From positions 4,200,001 to 4,232,000 of the forward strand of contig CP126532.1 of the NCBI GenBank assembly GCA_030167145.1: 32,000 nucleotides of DNA. Direction: 5' to 3'. Made by a program: the position numbers and the translations under genes. This document shows, in pieces, positions 18,326-24,699 of this stretch (the stretch's first letter is position 1; each line of letters starts with the position of its first letter). The notes beneath the pieces are model-generated. The model saw nothing but the letters and a program-made list of their open reading frames with translations. It ran no database searches and had not been told where the DNA came from. This DNA is from Ktedonobacterales bacterium. Its GTDB lineage: Bacteria; Chloroflexota; Ktedonobacteria; Ktedonobacterales; JADMIN01.

Positions 18326-18353
18326 GGGCGTCCGCCGGACGCCCCTACGAAAT
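18326..18353 (+). repeat. Family B element
   Basis: GGGCGTCC-GCC-GGACGCCC (perfect 8-bp stem) followed by CTACGAAAT. A half copy, GCGCCCCTACGAAAT, lies at 18375-18389. Confidence 0.6.
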
Positions 18354-18393
18354 ATCCAGCAGAGCCAGAGCCGTGCGCCCCTACGAAATGCCA

Positions 18394-18477
18394 GGCAGAC
18401 AGGAATGTCCGCCCCACCACAGAGGCAGACAGGAATGTCCGCCCCACCACAGAGGCAGACAGGAATGTCCGCCCCAC
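18394..18477 (+). repeat. Family A: 30-bp unit in 2.8 tandem copies
   Basis: GGCAGACAGGAATGTCCGCCCCACCACAGA at 18394-18423 and, identically, at 18424-18453. The third copy is identical for 24 nt (18454-18477). Confidence 0.9.
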
Positions 18478-18488
18478 TCTTGGCAAGA

Positions 18489-18518
18489 GGGCGCGGCGGG
18501 CCTCGCCCCTACACCATT
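18489..18518 (+). repeat. Family B element overlapping the stop codon of the FAD-subunit gene
   Basis: GGGCG, 10 nt, CGCCC, then CTACACCATT (18509-18518). The CTA at 18509-18511 is the TAG stop on the minus strand. Confidence 0.4.
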
Positions 18519-19498
18519 AGACCAGTGGCGGCGAGGAGCGCACGGCGGGCCAGTTCGCGGGCTAGTGGCACTTTGTAGGCATTGTGCGCCAGCGGTTTGG
18601 CTCCGGCAACCGCGCGTTCCGCAGCCTGTTCGGCCAGCTTCGGCGTGAGTTCCTGGCCGGTGAGCAGGTCTTCGACGGCGCGGATACGCTGCGGGACGTT
18701 GGCGACGCCGCCGAGCACGAGCCGCACGTGTTCGATGCGGCCATCGCGCAGCGCCACCTGCGCCGCCGCGCTGACCAGCGCGAAGGCCCATGCCTGGCGG
18801 TCCATCACCTTGAGATACGCACCGCGTGCGCCTTCGGGTTGCCGGGGCACGGTAATCTCGGCAAGCACCTCATCGGCGGCAAGACGGTACTCGACGCGCT
18901 CTTGATCGGTGGGCGCGGCGAAAAAGCTCTCAACCGGAAGAACCCGCGCGCCACCTGGGCCATGGATGACCAGTTCGGCGTCCAGGGCGAGCAGCGCGGG
19001 AGCAAGGTCGGAGGGATGGACCGCGACACACGGGCTGTGGTCAAGAATCGCGTGATATTTGTTCTGGCCGTCGCGGGCAAAACACGCGCTGCCGCCTTTG
19101 AGCCAGCAGAGAGCGTCGCCGCGATAGTACCAGCAGCGAGGGCGTTGGAGCAGATTGCCGCCGACAGTGGCGAGCGCGCGCAGTTGCGGTGTGGCGGCGT
19201 CGCGGACGGATTGCGGCAGCACCGGCAGACGTTGAGCCACTTCCGGATGGCGCTCCAGATCGGCGAGGGTGGTGAGCGCGCCGATATGCAGTGCGCCTGC
19301 ATCGTCGAAGCGCAGATAGCGCAGTTCGCTGGCGGGTTTCAGGTCAATCAACCGGGGTGGGGCGATGAGATCGGCTTTCATGAGCGTCAGCAGGTCGGTG
19401 CCGCCCGCGATGAGGCGTGCGCCATCGGGCGCGGCGCTGCTCAGCAGTTCAACGGCTTCGCGTGTGCTGGCCGCCGTGACGTGGTCGAATGCTTTCAT
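18509..19498 (-). CDS. Xanthine dehydrogenase family, FAD-binding (medium) subunit
   Basis: N-terminal MKAFDHV...RLIAGGTDLLTLMK, as in CoxM/PaoB/XdhB-type subunits. Its start overlaps the stop of the large-subunit gene (ATGA at 19495-19498). Confidence 0.85.
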   Translation of the reverse strand: MKAFDHVTAASTREAVELLSSAAPDGARLIAGGTDLLTLMKADLIAPPRLIDLKPASELRYLRFDDAGALHIGALTTLADLERHPEVAQRLPVLPQSVRDAATPQLRALATVGGNLLQRPRCWYYRGDALCWLKGGSACFARDGQNKYHAILDHSPCVAVHPSDLAPALLALDAELVIHGPGGARVLPVESFFAAPTDQERVEYRLAADEVLAEITVPRQPEGARGAYLKVMDRQAWAFALVSAAAQVALRDGRIEHVRLVLGGVANVPQRIRAVEDLLTGQELTPKLAEQAAERAVAGAKPLAHNAYKVPLARELARRALLAATGLMV

Positions 19499-21825
19499 AC
19501 GGTGGCCTCCTGGTTCAGCAGTTTGAGCACGCGGTCGGGGGTGAGCGGCAGCGCATCCACTGGACGGCCCAGCGCATGCGCGACGGCGTTGGCGATGGCG
19601 CCCGGCGTGGGGATGATCGGCGGCTCGCCCGCGCCCAGCGTGCCCAGCGTGTTGGCGTGAATGTTGGGGCGATCCAGCGGGATGATCTCGATCTCTGGCA
19701 CGTCGCGGATGGTGGGGACTTTGTAGTTCTCCAGATTGGCATTGACGGGGATACCAAGCCGGTCATCCACGATGCGCTGCTCCATCAGCGCGAAACCGAG
19801 GCCCTGGATGATGCCGCCCTCGATCTGGCTGCTGAAGGTGAGAGGATTGACGATGCGGCCGCAGTCGTGGCAGGCGACGACACGCAGCACACGCACCTCG
19901 CCCGTACCGACATCTACCTCGACCTCGGCGAACTGGACGCCAAAGGTACGGACGGTCATGCCCTCGGCGTTGGGGCCGCGCATGCCTTTGGCGGTGATTT
20001 CGTGGCCGTCAAGCTGATCCAGGAAGGAGGCAATCGTGCCCATCTCTTTGCCGGTCTCGCGCGAGAAGACAGCGCCCTGACGCAGTTCGATGGCGTCGGT
20101 GGGGGCTTCGGCAAGCTGGCTGATGACTTCGAGCAGTTCTTTGCGCGCCTCCACGGCGGCCATGCGCACGGCGGGACCGACCGAAGAGAGGGTCATGCTG
20201 CCGCCGCTGCCAGGGGAGAAGACGCCGAACTCGGTGTCGCCTAGCTCCACGCGCACGTGTTCTAGCGGCAGGCCAAGCTCTTCGGCGGCGATCTGCGCCA
20301 GGACGGTGCGGGTGCCGGTGCCGATGTCCTGGGTGCCGGTGAGAATAACGGCGGTGCCGTCGGGCAGCAGCTTGGCGATAGCCTGGGCGGGGGGTCCGCC
20401 ATCGCCGCCCCACATCTGACTGGCCATGCCCACGCCGCGCCGCAGGTGGCCGTCGCGGCCCAGGGGGTAGCGGCGCTCTTCGGCGTCGCGGGTGGCCCAG
20501 CCGATGCGTTCGGCGGCCAAATCGTAGGCTTCGAGCAGCAACTTGCGCGCGTAGGGGCGCTCCATCGCCTGATGCTCTGGCGCGTAGTTTTTGCGGCGGA
20601 ACTCTAGTGGGTCCATGTTGAGCGCGGCGGCGAGACGATCTAGCGCGACCTCGAAGCCCGCCGTGCCCTCGACGACGCCAGGGGCGCGGAACGCGGCGAA
20701 CGGGCCAAGGTTGGTGCGTGCGCCTTCGTCTACGGTGCGGACATTGGGACACTGATACATTTCTTTGGCGACCATGGAGACCGGAGGGAACCAGCCGCCG
20801 GTCGCGCCGACGTTGGCGATGGCGTGGAGGTCAATCGCGGTGATCGTGCCGTCGCGTTTCGCGCCGAGGTGGTACGTCTGGATAGTGGGGGAGCGGTGGC
20901 CGGTGCAGAGATTTTCTTCTTCGCGGCTGAGCATGTATTGCACCGGGCGGCCGAGTTTGTAGGCGGCATACGCAGCGAGCATACCAGAGCTGTGCGTGCC
21001 GAACTTGCTGCCAAAGCCGCCGCCCATATATTGCTTGATGGCGCGCACTTGATTGTGCATCAGGCCGAGCGCGCTGGCTACCTGTCGCCGCGAGCCATAG
21101 ACATCCTGAGTGGAGGTCCAGATGGTGAGCGTGCGGCCATCCCATTGGGCGGTCGCGCCGTGGGTCTCTAGCGAGTTGTGCAGGGCGGCGGGGGTCTCGA
21201 AGCGTACCTCCACGGTGACATCGGCTTCGGCGAGGCCGCGCGTGATGTCGCCGCGCTCATAGGTTTTGGGGTATTCGTCGGAGAGGCCGTTATTCTCGCG
21301 GGTGAGGATGACGTGCGGGGCGTCGGGCTGGAGCGCGGCTTCGGGGTCTATGACGAAGGGCAGCGGCTCGTAGTCCACGGCAATCAGCGCGCAGGCATCG
21401 GACGCCTGGGCGCGGCTTTCGGCGACGACCAGCGCGACCAGATCACCGGCATAGGGCAGTTCTTCGCCAAAGAAGGGGCGCTCGTTATCGGGATGGAGAA
21501 AGTCGCCCGCGTTGAAGCGGGTGTAGACGGCGCGGACGCCAGGGGCGACTTCGGCGCGGGTGGCGTCTATGCGCGTGACGCGGGCATGGGGATGGGGTGA
21601 GCGCAGGCCGACGGCGATGAGCATGCCGGGGAGGCGCACATCATATGTGTATTCGGCGACGCCGGAGACGCGCTCGCGGCCATCCACGCGCGGCTGGGGC
21701 GTGCCGACGATGCTGAGCGCGGCGTCTGGTCCCCAGACGGGCGGCTCGTCGCCTTCGATGACGACACGCTGCTCAGAGACCTGGCCTTCGAATTCGAGAT
21801 GGGTGGTGATGATGCGAATTGGCAT
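19495..21825 (-). CDS. Xanthine dehydrogenase family, molybdopterin-binding (large) subunit
   Basis: GGGFGSKFG and AFRAPGVVEG motifs and a typical length (776 aa from ATG 21825, MPIRIITTHLEFEG). It lacks both the VAYRCSFR and AYRGAGR CO-dehydrogenase signatures. Confidence 0.85.
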   Translation of the reverse strand: MPIRIITTHLEFEGQVSEQRVVIEGDEPPVWGPDAALSIVGTPQPRVDGRERVSGVAEYTYDVRLPGMLIAVGLRSPHPHARVTRIDATRAEVAPGVRAVYTRFNAGDFLHPDNERPFFGEELPYAGDLVALVVAESRAQASDACALIAVDYEPLPFVIDPEAALQPDAPHVILTRENNGLSDEYPKTYERGDITRGLAEADVTVEVRFETPAALHNSLETHGATAQWDGRTLTIWTSTQDVYGSRRQVASALGLMHNQVRAIKQYMGGGFGSKFGTHSSGMLAAYAAYKLGRPVQYMLSREEENLCTGHRSPTIQTYHLGAKRDGTITAIDLHAIANVGATGGWFPPVSMVAKEMYQCPNVRTVDEGARTNLGPFAAFRAPGVVEGTAGFEVALDRLAAALNMDPLEFRRKNYAPEHQAMERPYARKLLLEAYDLAAERIGWATRDAEERRYPLGRDGHLRRGVGMASQMWGGDGGPPAQAIAKLLPDGTAVILTGTQDIGTGTRTVLAQIAAEELGLPLEHVRVELGDTEFGVFSPGSGGSMTLSSVGPAVRMAAVEARKELLEVISQLAEAPTDAIELRQGAVFSRETGKEMGTIASFLDQLDGHEITAKGMRGPNAEGMTVRTFGVQFAEVEVDVGTGEVRVLRVVACHDCGRIVNPLTFSSQIEGGIIQGLGFALMEQRIVDDRLGIPVNANLENYKVPTIRDVPEIEIIPLDRPNIHANTLGTLGAGEPPIIPTPGAIANAVAHALGRPVDALPLTPDRVLKLLNQEATV

Positions 21826-21855
21826 TAGGAAGTGTCCCTTCCATAAATGAGCGGC

Positions 21856-21945
21856 GAAGCTCTCGGCCATAAATGGCTGGAGCACACGTGGCGCGGCCTA
21901 AAGGCCGTTTACGGCTTGTCACTGTGCGTCGGTCGTTTACGACCG
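21856..21945 (+). repeat. Cluster of repeat modules and mini-hairpins inside the small/large subunit spacer
   Basis: GAAGCTCTCGGCCATAAATGGCTGGAGCACACG (21856-21888) combines modules seen in family D. It is followed by CGGCC-TAAA-GGCCG (21894-21907), the overlapping GCCG-TTTA-CGGC (21904-21915), and CGGTCG-TTTA-CGACCG (21930-21945). Confidence 0.7.
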
Positions 21946-21964
21946 CGACCAAGCACGGACACGC

Positions 21965-22480
21965 TTATGGTTGTTGGCGGGCGAGGGCGCGGGCGGCGGC
22001 GCGAATCTTGGGATATGCGCCGCAGCGGCAGATGTTGCCGGCCATGCCGCGGTCTATTTCGTCGTCGGTTGGGTGCGGGTTGCGATCTAACAATGATTTG
22101 AGGGCGAGCACCTGCCCCGGCGTGCAGAAGCCACATTGCAGGGCGTCGTATTGGACGAAGGTGTCTTGAATGGGGTGAAGCTGGCCGTCGCGCGTGAGAC
22201 CTTCGATGGTGGTGATAGTGTGGCCGGGGCATTCGATGGCCAGCACGAGGCAGCTATAGACGGCTTCACCATCGAGCAGCACGGTGCAGGCGCCGCAGTT
22301 GCCCATCTCGCAGCCGGGCTTTGCGCCGGTGAGGCTGAGGTCTTCGCGCAGGACTTCGAGCAGGGTGCGGCGCGGCGCAATGCTGAGGTCATGCGGCGTG
22401 TCGTTGATGGTCAGGCGGATGCGCGTCTGCCGCGTTGCCTCATCTGGCGTAGCGGGCAGCGCGGGCATAGAATCCGGCAT
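21965..22480 (-). CDS. Xanthine dehydrogenase family, [2Fe-2S] (small) subunit
   Basis: Both cluster motifs are present: CEMGNCGACTV...C and CGFCTPG...CRCGAY. I chose ATG 22480 (MPDSMPAL...); ATG 22468 is the alternative. Confidence 0.88.
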   Translation of the reverse strand: MPDSMPALPATPDEATRQTRIRLTINDTPHDLSIAPRRTLLEVLREDLSLTGAKPGCEMGNCGACTVLLDGEAVYSCLVLAIECPGHTITTIEGLTRDGQLHPIQDTFVQYDALQCGFCTPGQVLALKSLLDRNPHPTDDEIDRGMAGNICRCGAYPKIRAAARALARQQP

Positions 22481-22577
22481 GTGATGAGCGCCTTTCCTTA
22501 TCGCAGGATGGTCCCGCTGAAAGTTACCCACGGACTTTAGCACAGGGCAGGCCAAGCGGACAAGCGCAAGTGGGGTT

Positions 22578-23720
22578 TCATTCGCGTATCGGGCGGGCGA
22601 GAGGACGGAGGCGGCGGCCCTCCTTGGAACGACGCGGAGGGGCCGCTACGCGGCGCTGGCGGTGGGTGAGGGCGGGCGCTTTTTTCGCCGTTTTCGCCGC
22701 TGCTTTTGTGGTGGTTTTCGCCGTTTTCGCCGCTGATGCAGTTGCCGATTCTGCCGATGCTGCCGATTCTGCCGATCTTACAATGGGCGTGGAGGGTGAG
22801 CTGGGCGGTAGAGGAAGCTCTCGGCCTGAAGGCCGCGGGTAATCAGGAGTGGAGGCGGTGCGCGTTGACGTGGCGGGATCGGTGGCATCGGGCGGAGCCG
22901 TTTTCGCCGCTGCTTTTGTGGCGATTTTCGCCGTTTTCGCCGCTGCTGCGGATTCGGCAGGAGTAGCAGAAGCGGCGGAAGCAGTGGTGGGGTCGGGCAC
23001 GATGGGGGTGGTGGAGGCGGCGCGGGGTTGGCGGTCGTAGAGGCCAAGCAGGCGGGCCATTTCGCGGTTGGCGCTGAGGGCGAGCCGCAGGTATTGGACG
23101 GGGTGGGTGGTGTCGCGCGGGCGGGCGTAGCGCTCGTCGAGGATCTGGGCAGGAGCGGCGGGAGATGCGGGAGATGCGGGAGATGCGGGGATAGTAGTCG
23201 CCGTTTTCGCCGCTGATGCGCTTCGCACGCTGGGGGCGGAGGCGGAGGCGGGGCGGGTGGTGCGGCGGGTGAGGTGGTCGTAGGCGCCCTGGTAGAGCTG
23301 CTCTTGGCGCTCGCGGTCGGTGTGGAAACCCTCCCAGGCGGCGGCGAGGACACTGCGCTGCCGCTCGACGGCGAGGGACTGTTGCTCGGCGCGCTGCTGC
23401 TGGGAGACGGGGGCGAGCTGGGTGCGGATGGCGCGCAGCCAGTCGCGGACGGTGCGGGCGGGGACGCCGAGTTCGGCGGCGATGGTGGGGGAACGTTCGC
23501 CCTGGCAGTACAGTTCCCAGGCGCGGTCTTGCAGGAGTTGGCGCTGCTGGGCGGCGGGGGTGAGGAGATGCGGGAGGTCGGCGCGGATGGGCGTGGGGGT
23601 GGGATCGGTGGGGGGAGTAGGATCGGCGGGAGCCGGTTTCGCCGTTTTCGCCGTTTTCGCCGCTGTGTGGGCATCGGCGGAGATGGGGTCGGTGGTGGGG
23701 TGGGCGAGGGCGGTGGCCAT
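22578..23720 (-). CDS. HTH-domain protein with lysine-rich (AKT)n low-complexity blocks; small-terminase-like by eye
   Basis: ATG 23720 is preceded by AAGGAG with an 8-nt spacer. HTH region: DRAWELYCQGERSPTIAAELGVPARTVRDWLRAI. A later LRLALSANREMARLLGLYD segment follows. AAKTAKTAK-type blocks occur at four places. The C-terminal third is built from DNA repeats. Confidence 0.6.
   Translation of the reverse strand: MATALAHPTTDPISADAHTAAKTAKTAKPAPADPTPPTDPTPTPIRADLPHLLTPAAQQRQLLQDRAWELYCQGERSPTIAAELGVPARTVRDWLRAIRTQLAPVSQQQRAEQQSLAVERQRSVLAAAWEGFHTDRERQEQLYQGAYDHLTRRTTRPASASAPSVRSASAAKTATTIPASPASPASPAAPAQILDERYARPRDTTHPVQYLRLALSANREMARLLGLYDRQPRAASTTPIVPDPTTASAASATPAESAAAAKTAKIATKAAAKTAPPDATDPATSTRTASTPDYPRPSGRELPLPPSSPSTPIVRSAESAASAESATASAAKTAKTTTKAAAKTAKKAPALTHRQRRVAAPPRRSKEGRRLRPLARPIRE
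22688..22945. repeat. 48-bp direct repeats, 210 bp apart, inside the HTH gene
   Basis: CCGTTTTCGCCGCTGCTTTTGTGGTGGTTTTCGCCGTTTTCGCCGCTG (22688-22735) matches 22898-22945 at 46 of 48 positions. A GCCGATTCTGCCGAT pair (22744-22758, 22762-22776) and a family D fragment lie between them. Confidence 0.85.
22807..22844 (+). repeat. Family D 3' fragment embedded in the HTH gene
   Basis: GGTAGAGGAAGCTCTCGGCCTGAAGGCCGCGGGTAATC closely matches D1 (29708-29745) and D2 (31605-31642). Confidence 0.75.
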
Positions 23721-23789
23721 GGGGGTTACTCCTTGCTGTGTGCTGGTGATGGTGGAACGGGCCGCCGAAATGGCGGTGGGTAAACGGCG

Positions 23790-23813
23790 GGCAGACAGGA
23801 ATGTCCGCCCCAC
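23790..23813 (+). repeat. Family A single copy
   Basis: GGCAGACAGGAATGTCCGCCCCAC, identical to the tandem unit core at 18394. Confidence 0.85.
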
Positions 23814-23840
23814 TGCTGAGATGGCGGTGCTACAAAGGAC

Positions 23841-23868
23841 GGGCGTCCGCGAGACGCCCCTACGATGG
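23841..23868 (+). repeat. Family B element
   Basis: GGGCGTC-CGCGA-GACGCCC followed by CTACGATGG. Confidence 0.6.
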
Positions 23869-24013
23869 TGGGTGGTTGAGATGACGGTGGTACGCGGGAC
23901 GACAATCGGGCGGGGAGCAACGAGAAAGCGCCGCGCGGTCGCCTGGGGCATAGGAGTGGATGGCCCAGGGCGGGTGCGCGGCGCTTTACTCAAGCTCACC
24001 GTGGTTGGTAAGA

Positions 24014-24042
24014 AGTATAGAATATTTGTTCGATATATGCAA
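24014..24042 (-). promoter_or_regulatory. Sigma-70-like promoter for the HTH gene
   Basis: The minus strand reads TTGCAT (24042-24037), 17 nt, TATACT (24019-24014). The implied leader of about 290 nt contains the A and B repeat copies. Confidence 0.5.
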
Positions 24043-24118
24043 GGGATGGGGCAGAGAGGGCAAGCGCACGATAGGACTTACGAGGTGTGGCAGGGTGTGG
24101 AGAACGTGACAACACTAT

Positions 24119-24146
24119 TTGCCTCGTGTCAAATTGCGTGTACAAT
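24119..24146 (+). promoter_or_regulatory. Sigma-70-like promoter for the small membrane protein gene
   Basis: TTGCCT (24119-24124), 16 nt, TACAAT (24141-24146). Confidence 0.4.
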
Positions 24147-24185
24147 AACCGCGAATTGATCTTGTCGGGATGTGAGCAAGTAGAG

Positions 24186-24680
24186 ATGAACACTGTTATT
24201 GACATTGGTAATTTGTTCTTGTTTCCCATCATCATTATTGGGGCCATTGCTTATGGCGTATGGCAGCGCCCGATTCTCCTTGCCTGCATATGGCTCGCGG
24301 GGGTATGCCTCACTTGCTTCGCTCTCGATCTACATGCGTTGTTTGCAAGCATCGCATGGGAACCAGTGCTTGTTAGCGGCGCTTGGGGCGGCCTCGCAAT
24401 CGTATTTGTAGCGAGTTTTGAGATGTGGAGACGATGGATACACAAAGGTGAAATACCGATACTGACACCCGGCCATCCAGCACTCTTCCCAGGATTCTTT
24501 CTGCCTGGCATCGTACTGGCGTACCACTACGCACAGGGATATTCCCGCGAGACCAATTGGATACAGATGACGTTGGCGCTTATTCCCACAATTACAGTAT
24601 GTCTGCTCTTATGGTGGGTGCTCAAAACAGTTCGGAAGGCCAAACGCGCACGAGAGCAGGCTGTGCCACCAGCGGAATGA
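24186..24680 (+). CDS. Small integral membrane protein, lower G+C than its neighbours
   Basis: ATG 24186 (MNTVIDIGNLFLFPIIIIGAIAYGV...), five to six hydrophobic helices, and a basic C-terminus (KTVRKAKRAREQ). Many A/T-ending codons, unlike the flanking genes. I recognised no family. Confidence 0.6.
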   Translation: MNTVIDIGNLFLFPIIIIGAIAYGVWQRPILLACIWLAGVCLTCFALDLHALFASIAWEPVLVSGAWGGLAIVFVASFEMWRRWIHKGEIPILTPGHPALFPGFFLPGIVLAYHYAQGYSRETNWIQMTLALIPTITVCLLLWWVLKTVRKAKRAREQAVPPAE

Positions 24681-24687
24681 CCGCTGG
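24669..24687. other. Short hairpin between convergent gene ends
   Basis: CCAGCGG-AATGA-CCGCTGG (7-bp stem). The loop contains the TGA stop of the membrane protein gene. Confidence 0.3.
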
Positions 24688-24699
24688 CTAGAAGAATCG

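Noticed and set aside
18394-18477. Possible CRISPR array
   Set aside because: Only 2.8 directly abutting 30-bp units with no spacers, and no cas genes. The same unit occurs singly elsewhere as a hairpin repeat.
19495-21825. Calling the large subunit CoxL (aerobic CO dehydrogenase)
   Set aside because: Neither the form I (VAYRCSFR) nor the form II (AYRGAGR) active-site signature is present. The corresponding region reads AAFRAPGV, so only the generic XDH-family call is justified.
22778-23674. Alternative-frame ORFs over the HTH gene (298 aa on the - strand; also 23320..24159 +)
   Set aside because: Their Pro/Arg-rich low-complexity products come from other frames of the same repeat-rich, GC-rich DNA. 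They have no start-site support, and the HTH-containing frame is the only one with recognisable domain-like sequence.
23721-23999. N-terminal extension of the HTH ORF
   Set aside because: The extension is translated straight through family A and B repeat copies (giving VGRTFLSA, as in spurious ORFs at 18241..18486). The internal ATG 23720 has an excellent AAGGAG SD.
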